Assembly: GCA_001784635.1 (NCBI GenBank)
Contig: MFRS01000003.1
Coordinates: forward strand, 30,777-94,776
From: Candidatus Micrarchaeota archaeon RBG_16_49_10
GTDB taxonomy: Archaea; Aenigmatarchaeota; Aenigmatarchaeia; CG10238-14
Length of the DNA: 64,000 nucleotides
Reading direction: 5' to 3'
Each line of letters begins with the position of its first letter. Within the stretch, counting starts at the first letter, position 1. This document shows, piece after piece, positions 1-10,440 of this stretch. Position numbers and translations under genes: made by a program. The notes below the pieces were generated by a model. That model saw only the letters and a list, made by a program, of their open reading frames with translations. It did not search any database and was not told the origin of the DNA.

Positions 1-413
1 TTATCTGGGACATCTCCGATACGGTCTTTCCAGGGGCTATGTTCTTGATAATCTGCTCGACGGCATCCTCGGAAGCTTTTATCACAGGGCTGGAGTTTTC
101 CCCAAGCAGGACTGAGAATGCGCCGTCGGCTATGTAACCGTCTATCTGGACGCCTATGTCCACCTTCACCAGGTCGCCGGGATTGAAAGTGAGGGTATCA
201 TCAAAATCAGGTGTGTAATGGGCCGTGATGTCGTTTATCGAGACGTTCAAAGGGAATGCCAGCCCTCCGCCCTTGGCCTTTATGGAATCCTCTATCTTTT
301 TGGTGAAGTCCAGGACGCTTGCCCCATCCTTGACCATCCCCCTGGCCAATTGGGCTACCTCCTTGTGGATCTTGCCCGCCTTCTCGTATTTCTCGAGGAC
401 ATCCTTTTCCATG
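1..413 (-). CDS. map: Methionine aminopeptidase (type 2, archaeal), 5' part of gene; continues beyond window start
   Basis: Reverse-strand translation from ATG at 413 reads MEKDVLEKYEKAGKIHKEVAQLARGMVKDGASVLDFTKKIEDSIKAKGGGLAFPLNVSINDITAHYTP..., which matches the conserved N-terminal half of archaeal MetAP2. There is no stop codon before coordinate 1, so the ORF is absent from the supplied track because it is truncated. Confidence 0.65.
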
Positions 414-482
414 ACTAGAATTCGGAAATCAGATTGAAATAATTGATAAAATCTTTTTTACTCAAAACACCATTTCTATATC

Positions 483-2810
483 ATGAAGAGAATCCTCCTT
501 GCGCTCCTGGTCGCCCAGCTTTTCATGGTGGCGACCTATGCTATCAGCTTCTATGAGAACCCGACCAGCAAAAAGTCTATCGTGTTCGTCTCAAAGTACG
601 ACTCGAGCAGCATGGACTCGCAGACCTACCAGTACTTCAGGAAGATAAGGGAAAACTACTCGGTCTACCTGGTTGGTGACGGGAGCGTCTCCAGCGCGAA
701 TTCCGATTGGAAAAGCGCGTTGAATAGCTCTGATGCTGTATTCGTCACATCGCTGTCTAGTAATGCCTTGACAACAGGGAGGGACAGCTTCTGCAGGGAG
801 CTCTCCTCTGCGCTCAACATGACGAAGGGCGTTGTCTTCGCCGGGAACTCCACTATTTTTGACAACGAAAGCATGGGCTGCGTCTACACTCAGTACTTCG
901 ATTTCGCGAACAAGACTAACAACACTAGGATAACCCAGAGGGAGGTGAAGGTGATAAGCAACAGCCATGAGATAAGCAGCCCCTATGAGATTAGAACATA
1001 CAGCGTCCTTCAGGGGAGAATTTACCCTGTTGTTGACCCGAACAAAGCTACGTCGCTTGCTGCAGTCTGGGGGGATCCTGACGGCTCAGGCCCAAAGCCA
1101 GACGGATATTACCCCTTCCTCAACGTGTGGAGGGGGCTGACTTACAAGGCGGCATCATGGGGGATAGAGGATTATGCCATCGATTGCCCCGGCTGCTTGG
1201 ATTGGGGGCTGCTTAACAGGACTTTGGCGTGGGTTTCGGACAAAAGCGACATAGGCTTCAACGTCTCGACGAACAAGGAAATCTTCATGCCAGGGGAGGA
1301 GATACAGATATCAGTAGCGTCACCTGTGGATATACAGAGCCTGGAGGGACAGATAGTATACCCTGACGGGAAAGTGAAATCATTGTTTCTCACTGGCTCC
1401 GGCAAATCCTGGGGCTCAATATACCTGCTCGACGAAGCTGATCCGCTCGGCAAGTACGAGATAAGCGTGAGGTATGGGTCAGTAGTTGTGAAGAGGAACG
1501 TGGAAGTGAAGCTGTTGAAGGTTGAGGTCTCCATAGAGAATGTCACCGAGAGTGTGCTTATCAAATTCGAAATTTGGGGTATGCAGGGGCAGCGCATAGA
1601 TGAGATAAACTCGTCTGTGAAGGTCACTGGACCCAATGGCAACTACACCACATACTTAAACCAGAAAGGGCGCTTCAACATAACCTACAATGTTTCCAAT
1701 ACTGGATGGCACACTGTCAACTTCCAAGCCAACTACACTGGGCGGAAGATAGAGGGGGAAACCAGCTTTTACGGGAGGGGGAGGCTTGGGCTGGCTGTCA
1801 CTCCTGAGACCATAGTTATAAAGACGGCATACCCGGCAAACATGACCGGGACTGCGCTTATCACTAACAGCGGGGGTGAAAAAATAACTAACCTGACAGT
1901 TGAAATTTTAGGGGAAGTGGAGCCTCTTTTCAAAAACAAGAGTTTTGTCATCCCGTCGATAAATTCCAAGGGGAACTACACGCTCAGGCTTAATTTGAGC
2001 GTGCCCGACGAGCAAAGGGTGTATAAAGGCGTCATGAAGCTCTCTTACCTAGACCAAGTCCTCGAGGTCCCAGTGTCGGTTGAGCTGAGATACCCCAGCA
2101 GCATCTTGATAGAGCCCGCTAGCATGGACTTTTCCCTTTTGGCAGGGCAGAAAAAGACGATAGGGTTCGACCTGGAGAATTCAGGTAAGAGCGCGGCCAA
2201 AATCTACAATATAACCCTCCTCGGCGACCTCACAAGCTGGGGGGAGATAGTTGAAAAGCCTAAAGTGATTGAGCAAGGGGACCATGGGGCAGTCAAGATG
2301 TTCTTCGATACATCGAGCTTTTACGGGAGTGAGCTCCTGACCACCCTCAGCGGCAGCCTGGTTATAGAGACGGAGGACGAAACTATCACTGCGCCGATAT
2401 CGCTGAAGATTGCGGGGGATGTCATTGGAAAAATAAACGGCTTGTATAAGGATTTGGGATATCTGAACGGCAGGCTGGAGGAAGTCGAGAGGATTGCGGA
2501 TGTCAAGGACCTCTATGAAAGCCTTTCCAACCTGAGGGCCGACCTGGAGACGTCCAGGAACTACTATGAAAGCGGGGACTACGAGCAAAGTGCCCTCCTT
2601 GTCCAAAGCGTTGAGTCAAGCGCAGCCAGCCTGAAGGACTCTATAGCCTCGAGAAACGAAGAGGCCGTAAAGAAAAAGCAGAAAGCGATGACCATGGCCA
2701 TACTGGTGTCCTTAGCGATAGTGGCCGCCCTGGTCGGGTATCTGGTTTACAGGAAAAGGCGCGCAGAACAGGAATTCAGGCCTGTCTACAAGAAGTGGAC
2801 AAGGAAGTAG
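483..2810 (+). CDS. Large secreted or surface protein. It has an N-terminal signal peptide, repeated CARDB/DUF11-like beta domains, more than 30 N-glycosylation sequons and a C-terminal TM anchor (S-layer-like glycoprotein)
   Basis: 775 aa. N-terminal hydrophobic segment MKRILLALLVAQLFMVATYA. There are numerous NxS/T sequons. A C-terminal TM helix AILVSLAIVAALVGYLV is followed by a basic tail. Confidence 0.6.
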   Translation: MKRILLALLVAQLFMVATYAISFYENPTSKKSIVFVSKYDSSSMDSQTYQYFRKIRENYSVYLVGDGSVSSANSDWKSALNSSDAVFVTSLSSNALTTGRDSFCRELSSALNMTKGVVFAGNSTIFDNESMGCVYTQYFDFANKTNNTRITQREVKVISNSHEISSPYEIRTYSVLQGRIYPVVDPNKATSLAAVWGDPDGSGPKPDGYYPFLNVWRGLTYKAASWGIEDYAIDCPGCLDWGLLNRTLAWVSDKSDIGFNVSTNKEIFMPGEEIQISVASPVDIQSLEGQIVYPDGKVKSLFLTGSGKSWGSIYLLDEADPLGKYEISVRYGSVVVKRNVEVKLLKVEVSIENVTESVLIKFEIWGMQGQRIDEINSSVKVTGPNGNYTTYLNQKGRFNITYNVSNTGWHTVNFQANYTGRKIEGETSFYGRGRLGLAVTPETIVIKTAYPANMTGTALITNSGGEKITNLTVEILGEVEPLFKNKSFVIPSINSKGNYTLRLNLSVPDEQRVYKGVMKLSYLDQVLEVPVSVELRYPSSILIEPASMDFSLLAGQKKTIGFDLENSGKSAAKIYNITLLGDLTSWGEIVEKPKVIEQGDHGAVKMFFDTSSFYGSELLTTLSGSLVIETEDETITAPISLKIAGDVIGKINGLYKDLGYLNGRLEEVERIADVKDLYESLSNLRADLETSRNYYESGDYEQSALLVQSVESSAASLKDSIASRNEEAVKKKQKAMTMAILVSLAIVAALVGYLVYRKRRAEQEFRPVYKKWTRK

Positions 2811-3265
2811 CCAGAAATCCTTCTCATTAGGCCCTTGACTTCAGCCCTGAACCTCTCGTTCCTGAAGTAGATGAAAACCATAATCAAAATCCCGGCCAAA
2901 TCCGTCAGAAAGAAGAAAAGGGTGTACCGCAGGCCAAAGGGGTATACCGGGAACCTGTAAGAAATGAAGGGGTAAAATAATGGCAGGAAGGAATGGCACA
3001 GGTCAGCCAGGAAATGGGATAAATACCCGACAAAAAGCGCTGCCGATTTCTTGCGGTCCTTGGTGGCAAAATACGTGAAGGAGAAGGCGACTAGGGAGGC
3101 GAAAAGTGTGTGTCCTATAAACCTACCGGAAGGCGCGAAGCCGAGGAAGTGCAACGGCTTGTCTATCAAGTCCGCGAGTAGGGAACCGAAGATTCCGTAA
3201 GTGAAGGTTAGGCTCAGGATGGACATGGCCAACACGGCCAACCCCATATGGGCAAGGAAATACAT
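2786..3265 (-). CDS. Integral membrane protein (possible DUF457/YdjM-like membrane-bound hydrolase)
   Basis: 159 aa with 4-5 predicted TM helices and conserved His/Asp in HFLADL motifs. Its 3' end overlaps convergently by 25 nt with the 483-2810 gene. Confidence 0.4.
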   Translation of the reverse strand: MYFLAHMGLAVLAMSILSLTFTYGIFGSLLADLIDKPLHFLGFAPSGRFIGHTLFASLVAFSFTYFATKDRKKSAALFVGYLSHFLADLCHSFLPLFYPFISYRFPVYPFGLRYTLFFFLTDLAGILIMVFIYFRNERFRAEVKGLMRRISGYFLVHFL

Positions 3266-3299
3266 TATTCTAATTTCATGGAGGATTTATTTAACAGTT

Positions 3300-3620
3300 T
3301 CAATTCTGGAGCTTGATCGAGATGTGTATGCCCTGGGGCACCTGGACCCTCAGGACCTGCCTTAGGGCCCTGTCGTCCGCCTGGATGTCTATCAGCCTCT
3401 TGTGGATTCTCATCTCCCACTTGTCAAAAGTGGTGTTCCCGTGGCCCGTGCCATCCCCGCAAGGCGTCTTCATGGGCCTCACCTTCAGCTTCTTGGTGGG
3501 CAAAGGTATTGGACCTCTCCAGTCAATCCCGAACTTCTTGGCTACCCCTATTATCTCTTTGCAAATATCGTCCAGCTGTTCAGGCTCCTTCCCGGAAAGC
3601 TTTATCCTCGCTACCTGCAT
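3300..3620 (-). CDS. rps10: 30S ribosomal protein S10 (uS10)
   Basis: MQVARIKLSGKEPEQLDDICKEIIGVAKKFGIDWRGPIPLPTKKLKVRPMKTPCGDGTGHGNTTFDKWEMRIHKRLIDIQADDRALRQV matches archaeal S10. It sits at the end of the tuf operon. Confidence 0.9.
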   Translation of the reverse strand: MQVARIKLSGKEPEQLDDICKEIIGVAKKFGIDWRGPIPLPTKKLKVRPMKTPCGDGTGHGNTTFDKWEMRIHKRLIDIQADDRALRQVLRVQVPQGIHISIKLQN

Positions 3621-3724
3621 GATAACCAGATATTAATTGTGGTATAAACGCATTTAAATGTTTTCACACGCCCTTTTAGGCTGGAATGAATAGTTTTCGG
3701 TGTTGAATTGGGTATAAGGTAATG

Positions 3725-3994
3725 TCACGGCATCCCCAATCCACGTAAGCCTTGGTGATCAGATAATATTTTCAGTCCATACCTACTTTTTAGATAACAA
3801 ATGGCAGTCTGGGTTTGGAGATTATCATGTCTGCTTAGGAAATCTTCATTTATTAGTTTAGTTATTCTGCTACAGCGAATCCCCTCTGGATGGGACAATA
3901 AAATTTCTAACACCATACTAGCGTATGAGGACCTTAATCCCATCAGTACTTCAGCTCTTGGGCGCTCAGTAAGACGATAATGTGGGTTTGTCAT
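3725..3994 (-). CDS. Doubtful small ORF (89 aa) in an AT-rich 430-bp spacer between tuf and rps10
   Basis: An ORF exists but the GC content is lower than in neighbouring genes and there is no recognisable family. It is possibly a gene remnant or non-coding. Confidence 0.15.
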   Translation of the reverse strand: MTNPHYRLTERPRAEVLMGLRSSYASMVLEILLSHPEGIRCSRITKLINEDFLSRHDNLQTQTAICYLKSRYGLKILSDHQGLRGLGMP

Positions 3995-4051
3995 GAGGAA
4001 ATTGTTGTAAGTTAAAAATAAAAAGAAAAGGTAAAAGGAAAAAAAGAATAA

Positions 4052-5335
4052 TTACTTCTTCACCAAGTCGATGACAATCCCTGCCGCGACCGTCTGGCCC
4101 ATGTCCCTTATCGCAAACCTGGCGAGCTGCGGGAATTCTGACTGCTTCTCCACAACCATAGGCTTTGTCGGCACAACCCTTATCTTGGCGGCGTCCCCAG
4201 TCTTAAGGAAGTCCGGGTGCTTCTCTGTCTCCTGGCCTGTCTTCGGGTCTATCTTGCTGATGAGCTCCTCGAACTTGCAGGCGACTGAAGACGTTCCCAA
4301 GTGGAAGACTGGTGTGTACCCCTTCGTCATGACTGTCGGATGCTGCAGCACTATTATCTGGGCCGTGAACTCCTTAGCCACTGTTGGCGGGTTTGAAACT
4401 GGCCCTGCCACGTCCCCTCTCTTCACGTCGTTCTTGCCGATGCCCCTCACGTTGAACCCGATGTTGTCCCCTGGTATCGCTTTCGGCTGCTCCTTGTGGA
4501 ACATCTCTATCTTTTTGACCTCTCCCTGGGCGCCACTTGGCATGAAGACTAACTTGTCACCCGGCTTGAGAACTCCCGTCTCTACCCTGCCTACGGGGAC
4601 TGTCCCTACGCCCGTGATTGAATAGGCGTCCTGGATTGGTATCCTAAGCGGCTTGTCCATCGGCAATTCCGGCGCAGTGAAAGCGCTGTCCATGGCTTCC
4701 ACCAAAGTTGGCCCGGTGAACCATGAAAGCTTGTCGGACTTCTTGAAGATGTTGTCTCCCATCAATCCGGAGACTGGCACCATGAGTATCTTGCTGCCGT
4801 CATAACCTATGGATGACAAGAGCTTCTTGACCTCAACCGTCAAGGTATCATATACCTTCTTGTCGTAGCTCTCCGTGTCCATCTTGTTTATCGCGACAAC
4901 CAGCTGCTTTATGCCCAAGACCTTTATCAGGAACGCGTGCTCCTTTGTCTGCTGCTGGATCCCCTCACCCTTCTTGGCAGAGACGACCAGTATCGCCGCA
5001 TCCGCCTGTGAGGCGCCTGTGATCATGTTTTTGACAAAGTCCCTGTGGCCTGGCGCATCGATAATCGTGTAATAAAATTTCTTGGTCTCAAAGGGTTGGT
5101 GTGAAATGTCTATGGTGACTCCCCTTTCCCTTTCCTCCTTCAACCTGTCCATGAAATAAGCAAACTCGAAAGTCTCCTTCTTGTACTCCTTCGCGAGCTC
5201 CTTCATCTTCCTGAGCTGCTCTTCCCTGACAACCCCTGAATCGAACAGTAGCCTTCCTATCATCGTCGATTTACCTGCGTCTACATGCCCGACAGTGACT
5301 AGGTTGATTTTTGGTAATTCAGCCATCAATGACAC
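4052..5335 (-). CDS. tuf: Translation elongation factor 1-alpha (aEF-1alpha)
   Basis: [17 protein letters not shown] and NKMD GTPase motifs, with full-length similarity to aEF-1alpha. Confidence 0.95.
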   Translation of the reverse strand: MSLMAELPKINLVTVGHVDAGKSTMIGRLLFDSGVVREEQLRKMKELAKEYKKETFEFAYFMDRLKEERERGVTIDISHQPFETKKFYYTIIDAPGHRDFVKNMITGASQADAAILVVSAKKGEGIQQQTKEHAFLIKVLGIKQLVVAINKMDTESYDKKVYDTLTVEVKKLLSSIGYDGSKILMVPVSGLMGDNIFKKSDKLSWFTGPTLVEAMDSAFTAPELPMDKPLRIPIQDAYSITGVGTVPVGRVETGVLKPGDKLVFMPSGAQGEVKKIEMFHKEQPKAIPGDNIGFNVRGIGKNDVKRGDVAGPVSNPPTVAKEFTAQIIVLQHPTVMTKGYTPVFHLGTSSVACKFEELISKIDPKTGQETEKHPDFLKTGDAAKIRVVPTKPMVVEKQSEFPQLARFAIRDMGQTVAAGIVIDLVKK

Positions 5336-5369
5336 CTCCTATACAAGTATAAATTATTATTATATAGCT

Positions 5370-7568
5370 TTAAATTTCTTCTTCCATTGACTTGGGTATT
5401 GTCTGGCTAAGCCCCTTCCTTTTCCTGATGTTCAGGACCACCTGATCCTGCAAATCCTTGGGGATTTTTTCGAATATGACATCAATAAGGCTGTAGAACC
5501 CTTTCCCGCCGGTGGCCGACTTCAGCGAGGAGTCAAAGCCGAACATCTCCGCGACGGGTATTTTGGCCTGAATCATTGTGACACCCCTTTCCTCGTTCAT
5601 CTCCAAAATCTGACCTCTCCTGTTCTGGGTCTCCTTTATCGCCCCTCCCATCAATTCAGTCGGGACATCTATCCTTATGATTTGCTTGGGCTCAAGGAGC
5701 AGAGGGTCCGCGTGAAGCATGCAGTCTGAGATGCCGTGCCTTATGGCAGGCAGTATCTGCCCAGGCCCGCGGTGCACAGGGTCCTCGTGGAGTTCCGCGT
5801 CAACGAGAATAGCCTTTATAGCATAGCAGAGCTCCTTTGCGAGCGGCCCCTGGTCAATCATGTACTTGAAGCCTTCCTTGACCATCTCCATGACCTCGTT
5901 CAGGTACTGGACACCTTTCGTCTGGTCTATCAGCATGTTCTTCTCGTAAATGAGTTGGATTTTCTTGATGTCCTTCGCCTCCATGCCCAGCTCGACGAGG
6001 GTATTCTGGAGCTCCTGGTTCTTCTTCTTGAAGTCATAGTTGCTTGGTATCCTTTCCTCTTTCATGGCCTGGTATATGGGCCCGTCCAGAGGCTCAATGT
6101 AAAAGTAGAATTTGTTGTGCTTGTTGGGGGACTTCCCCTCGATCACCGAGGACCTTTTGCCGACGGTTTCCCTGTAGACGACTATGGGCGGCGACATCTT
6201 GACGTCCATTTCCATCTCCTTGAACTTCCTCTCGACCTTAGCGTCCAAATGGAGCTCGCCCAATCCTGATATCAGGTACTCGCCAGTCTCCTCGTTTATC
6301 TTGACCTTTATCGTGGTGTCTTCCCTGGCCAGCTTCTTCAGGAAGGTTATCAGCTTGGTGAGGTCCTGTGGATTCTTTGGCTCCATGGACTTAGTGACGA
6401 CAGGCTCGAACATGTGCTTTATTTCCTCGAAGGGTTGTATGATGTGCTCTGGCTCGCAAAGGGTCTCACCGGAGAAGGCGTCGTTCAAGCCGACTATAGC
6501 CACTATGTTGCCGGCCACAACCTCCTCGACCTGGATTCTATGAGCGCCTTTGTAGACGGCGACCTGCTGAATCCTTTGGGGTTTTTGCTTCCCTATGAGA
6601 TAGACGTCTTTCCCCTTCTCTATTTTCCCGGAAAAAATCCTCGCGGTGCACACAAAGCCTGCATGCGGGTCCGGGTTTATTTTAGTTATGATCGCAGCCA
6701 GCTTGGCACTGGTATCAACATTGACCATCGCTTTTCCTATTTCCGACTCCATGTCGCCGGACCAAATCTTAGGTATCCTGTATCTCTGCGCCTCCTTCGG
6801 CGAAGGTAGGTGGTTGATAGTCATATCGAGGACGACCTTGTGCAGAGGCGATTTTTTGGCCAGCTCGTCCTCAGTTCCATTCTCTGTGGCATCTATTATG
6901 TCTTTGAACGTTATCCCGACCTTCTTCATGAAAGGGACTGAAGTGCCCCATTTTTTCAAGGCCGAGCCGAAAGCCACAGAGCCGTCAGAGACATTCACCA
7001 GCCATTTGTCCCTGTAATCAGGTTCGGCGTACTTCTGAATAAGCAGGTTGACCTCGGTTATAATCTTCATGAACCTCTCTTGAATCTGCTCCGGCGTAAG
7101 CTTGAGCTCCTTTATCAGCCGATCCACCTTGTTTATGAAAAGCACCGGCTTCGCCCTCTCCTTGAGAGCCTGCCTAAGGACGGTCTCGGTCTGCGGCATT
7201 ATCTTCTCGACAGCGTCGATCAGGACAATGGCACCATCGACAGCCCTCAGGGCACGCGTCACATCGCCTCCGAAATCCACATGTCCCGGCGTGTCTATAA
7301 GGTTGATAAGGTAATCGTCCCCTTCGTAGTCGTGGACCATTGTTATATTGGCAGACCAGATTGTAATGCCCCTCTCCTGTTCCTGGTCGTCAAAATCCAG
7401 GAACCTCTGCTGGCCGGCGAGGTGCTCTGATATCATGCCCGCCCCTGCGACAAGGCTATCTGAGAAAGTCGTCTTGCCGTGGTCGATGTGGGCTACAGTG
7501 CTTATGTTCCTTATTTTTTCCGGTTTATACATCAACTCTTTTATCCTGTCAATCATCTCTTTTGCCAT
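5370..7568 (-). CDS. fusA: Translation elongation factor 2 (aEF-2)
   Basis: AHIDHGKTT, DTPGHVDF and NKVDR motifs. The C-terminal HRGPGQ motif contains the diphthamide histidine. Confidence 0.95.
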   Translation of the reverse strand: MAKEMIDRIKELMYKPEKIRNISTVAHIDHGKTTFSDSLVAGAGMISEHLAGQQRFLDFDDQEQERGITIWSANITMVHDYEGDDYLINLIDTPGHVDFGGDVTRALRAVDGAIVLIDAVEKIMPQTETVLRQALKERAKPVLFINKVDRLIKELKLTPEQIQERFMKIITEVNLLIQKYAEPDYRDKWLVNVSDGSVAFGSALKKWGTSVPFMKKVGITFKDIIDATENGTEDELAKKSPLHKVVLDMTINHLPSPKEAQRYRIPKIWSGDMESEIGKAMVNVDTSAKLAAIITKINPDPHAGFVCTARIFSGKIEKGKDVYLIGKQKPQRIQQVAVYKGAHRIQVEEVVAGNIVAIVGLNDAFSGETLCEPEHIIQPFEEIKHMFEPVVTKSMEPKNPQDLTKLITFLKKLAREDTTIKVKINEETGEYLISGLGELHLDAKVERKFKEMEMDVKMSPPIVVYRETVGKRSSVIEGKSPNKHNKFYFYIEPLDGPIYQAMKEERIPSNYDFKKKNQELQNTLVELGMEAKDIKKIQLIYEKNMLIDQTKGVQYLNEVMEMVKEGFKYMIDQGPLAKELCYAIKAILVDAELHEDPVHRGPGQILPAIRHGISDCMLHADPLLLEPKQIIRIDVPTELMGGAIKETQNRRGQILEMNEERGVTMIQAKIPVAEMFGFDSSLKSATGGKGFYSLIDVIFEKIPKDLQDQVVLNIRKRKGLSQTIPKSMEEEI

Positions 7569-7595
7569 CGCTGTATCCCCGTCTGAATGTTCAAG

Positions 7596-8198
7596 TTACC
7601 TAGCCACGCTAGCCTCTCTCTCTATTCTCTCCCTCTCCTTTATCGCCTCGGACTTGGAAGCGTCATTCTTGTAAGCGTAAAGTATTTCCTCTGCGAGCGC
7701 GTCCTTGATTGAGACTTTTTTGCCGAAAGACCTTCTGTAGGCGGACTGCGTTATTATAGTCAATGCGGAATCCACCCTCCTCTGCGGGGAGGTGACGACA
7801 GCCTTCCTCACCATGACTCCGCCCATCTGGTAGGATGTAATCTCCTCCCTTAATGAGGCATTCTCCAATGCCAAAACCAAAATCTTTATAGGGTTCTCTT
7901 TTGTCTTCTTCTCGAGCTCGTCAAAGACGCCGAGGATTATGTTTATTATCGTTTGGCTTTTGCCTGTCTGCCTGCCGGAGCTTATTATGTGCTTCTTGCT
8001 CCTGTGGCCGTTCACCATTATCTTGTTTATGAGCCTTTCAACGATGTTCATCTTGGATTTGTGGAACTGCTGCCTGCTGTACCTGCCGCCGGTCTTTGGC
8101 GATGCTATTGGCCTAAGGTTTATGTATGGCTTCAAGCCAAGGTCGGCGACCTCTACGCCATCAAAAGACCATCTATTGAAAAGTTTGACGTCAGCCAT
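7596..8198 (-). CDS. rps7: 30S ribosomal protein S7 (uS7)
   Basis: 200 aa with archaeal uS7-like sequence. It sits in the conserved S12-S7-EF2 order. Confidence 0.9.
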   Translation of the reverse strand: MADVKLFNRWSFDGVEVADLGLKPYINLRPIASPKTGGRYSRQQFHKSKMNIVERLINKIMVNGHRSKKHIISSGRQTGKSQTIINIILGVFDELEKKTKENPIKILVLALENASLREEITSYQMGGVMVRKAVVTSPQRRVDSALTIITQSAYRRSFGKKVSIKDALAEEILYAYKNDASKSEAIKERERIEREASVAR

Positions 8199-8202
8199 AG
8201 GA

Positions 8203-8631
8203 TTACCTCATCGGCTTCTGCTTCTTGCCCTTCAAAATCTCAGGAAGAGATATCCCATTGACCTTGATGACTTTGTACTTTATCCCCCACTGGCTGCCGA
8301 CAGGGCCGCCTTGGGAGCCACCTATCCCCTCTATCACGACTTCATCGTGCTCGCTTATGTGGTCTATGGCCTTGGTTCCAGGCACGAAAGCCGTGACTTG
8401 TATGTTGTTTTTGGTAAGCTGGACACGGACTGTCTTTATCAGGCCTGAGTGTGGCTGCTTCTGCTCGCAAGTCCTTTTGTCGATGACAATGCCCTTGCCC
8501 TGGGGGGAAGTGCCCAAAGGCTCCTTTTCCTTTAGGTGAAGGTGCCTCTTCATGTACTTTTGCTCCTTCCACCTCTGCCTCATTCTGCCTTTCCTGAGCT
8601 TCCTGGCGGAAAATTCTCCTCTTGCCATCAT
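8203..8631 (-). CDS. rps12: 30S ribosomal protein S12 (uS12)
   Basis: KQPHSGLIKTVRVQLTKNNIQVTAFVPG is the conserved S12 core. It overlaps nusA by 4 nt. Confidence 0.9.
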   Translation of the reverse strand: MMARGEFSARKLRKGRMRQRWKEQKYMKRHLHLKEKEPLGTSPQGKGIVIDKRTCEQKQPHSGLIKTVRVQLTKNNIQVTAFVPGTKAIDHISEHDEVVIEGIGGSQGGPVGSQWGIKYKVIKVNGISLPEILKGKKQKPMR

Positions 8632-9044
8632 TTCACCTGAAGGTTCGATATATTATGAACTCTTTTCAATATCTCCTTATATATTTTTATCTTTTCCCCT
8701 CCCCTACCCATGACGTAGCCCTTGTCGGATTTGTCAACCCTGACCTCGACCTCGACCTCATTGCCATTCTCCTTGACGCTCACCTGCTTGGATTGGGGGA
8801 TGAGGTTCTTTATGAATTCGACGGGCTTTGATGAATACTCGAAGACCTTGACCTTTTTGCCGATGACGTTCTCGACGTTTTTTATTGATGAACCTCCCTT
8901 GCCTATGGCGAGGCCTATTTTACCCTCTTCGACTATGAAATATACCGTGTCATTGTCGACAAAGCAGTCCTTGACTGGTACATTGGTTATGTTCTCAAAA
9001 AGGGTTAGGAGCCTTATCGTCTCTGTCGTGAACACTATCGTCAT
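8628..9044 (-). CDS. nusA: Archaeal NusA-like transcription termination/antitermination factor (two KH domains)
   Basis: KH motifs IGLAIGKGGSSIKNV and VMGRGGEKIK. It lies in the conserved position between L30e and S12. Confidence 0.85.
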   Translation of the reverse strand: MTIVFTTETIRLLTLFENITNVPVKDCFVDNDTVYFIVEEGKIGLAIGKGGSSIKNVENVIGKKVKVFEYSSKPVEFIKNLIPQSKQVSVKENGNEVEVEVRVDKSDKGYVMGRGGEKIKIYKEILKRVHNISNLQVK

Positions 9045-9316
9045 TTCTCACTACCTTTTATCGCTATAACGCCCACTGAAAATGGCTTCCCGCAGACCAG
9101 ACCCAGGTCCATGCCGTTCCCCTGGTACTCCTCTATGTCAGTCTTGGAAATTTTTGAGTTGTGCTCTATCATTTTAATCTTGTCGGCAGGGAGGTTGTTG
9201 GCGTAAACCACCTTCTTCAGCTTCTGAGTCTTTAAGAGCTTCAGGACCTCCCCGTAGCCCATTATGACCTTTCCCTCCTTCACTTTGGCCTTAATCAGCT
9301 TGTTTAAGTCGCTCAT
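9041..9316 (-). CDS. rpl30e: 50S ribosomal protein L30e (eL30)
   Basis: 91 aa, resembling archaeal L30e. It sits in the conserved position between rpoA'' and nusA. Confidence 0.85.
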   Translation of the reverse strand: MSDLNKLIKAKVKEGKVIMGYGEVLKLLKTQKLKKVVYANNLPADKIKMIEHNSKISKTDIEEYQGNGMDLGLVCGKPFSVGVIAIKGSEK

Positions 9317-10440
9317 TCGTCTTCCATCCTGACAATCAAGTCAAACATCCCGGTTCCGACAGGTATTTGTTGGTTTACCATTATATTTTCGAACAAACCG
9401 TTAAAGTTATCTGCCTCGTTTCTGACTGATGCCCTGACAAGGTGCTTAACAGTCTCCTCAAATCCTGCCCTGGTTAGAATCGAGGCTTTGGACCCCGCCA
9501 CGCCGTATCTCCCAACGGCTTCTATCGCGCCTTCAAAGGTCATTATATCAACGATCAATGTCAAGTGCCTTTTATCAACCTCCAACCCCTGCTGCTCGAG
9601 TATGGAGTTTAGTTCCGACAGCAAGACTGACCTTGCGGCCTCTATGCCCAAAGTCTCTGCCACCTCATGAATGTTGTTGGTGTAAGACCTATAAAAGTCT
9701 ATTTCCTCTATCTTGACCAGCTTTTCGAAATTGGAGCCCAAGGTCCTTATAACCCAGTCTTTCCCCTCGTTGAAGACCACGGTGTTGGTTATCTTGGGTA
9801 TCCCAGAAATTATCGACTCAAGAACCTTCTTCTTGATTCTCTGGAGCTCCTTTATCTCTATATCATCCTCGACCGAAACGTCGATGACCGAATGCCTCCT
9901 CATCATCTTGTACTTCTTGAACTTCAGCTTCAGTATCTCCGTTATCTTCTCGAACTTCTTTTCGTACTCCGGTTTCAGCTTAATTTTCACGACCTTGTTG
10001 GTCAAGTCCAGGGAGACAGACTCGACGAAGCCCTTTAGCCTCTTCTCTTTTATCTTCTTTGCGATCTTTTCGCTGTTCTTCTGGTCGTTAAATTCCTTTT
10101 TGAGGTATATGGTCATCGTCGGGGTTGTTGGCTCCTTTCTTGCGTCGAAGACCTCTATAAGCCTGGGCAGACCTAATGTGATCTGCATCCCCGCGGACCC
10201 CGCGAAGTGGTAGGTCCTCATCGTCATCTGGGTTGCCGGCTCAGAAATCGATTGGGCCGCTATGATGCCTACAGCCTCCCCTGGCTCGAAGGCGGAATTC
10301 AAATATACCTTTTGGACTTCCTTGGTCAGTTTTTCCCTCTTCTTCTCGTCGAATTTTTTGAGCTTGGAAACCCTATCTATTTCCCTGATCATCTCTTCAG
10401 GCAGGATCGTTTCATATTCTTTCTGCGATTTTTGCGACAT
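9313..10440 (-). CDS. rpoA2: DNA-directed RNA polymerase subunit A''
   Basis: C-terminal Rpb1-like region [43 protein letters not shown]. Confidence 0.9.
   Translation of the reverse strand: MSQKSQKEYETILPEEMIREIDRVSKLKKFDEKKREKLTKEVQKVYLNSAFEPGEAVGIIAAQSISEPATQMTMRTYHFAGSAGMQITLGLPRLIEVFDARKEPTTPTMTIYLKKEFNDQKNSEKIAKKIKEKRLKGFVESVSLDLTNKVVKIKLKPEYEKKFEKITEILKLKFKKYKMMRRHSVIDVSVEDDIEIKELQRIKKKVLESIISGIPKITNTVVFNEGKDWVIRTLGSNFEKLVKIEEIDFYRSYTNNIHEVAETLGIEAARSVLLSELNSILEQQGLEVDKRHLTLIVDIMTFEGAIEAVGRYGVAGSKASILTRAGFEETVKHLVRASVRNEADNFNGLFENIMVNQQIPVGTGMFDLIVRMEDE

Noticed and set aside
591-968. 125-aa minus-strand ORF inside the surface-protein gene (and many similar antisense ORFs across the window, for example 5736-6269, 10779-11465, 26555-27166, 30691-31329, 34592-35347)
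   Set aside because: These lie entirely within, and antisense to, strongly supported conserved genes. Their products have low complexity or no family resemblance. They are typical shadow ORFs.
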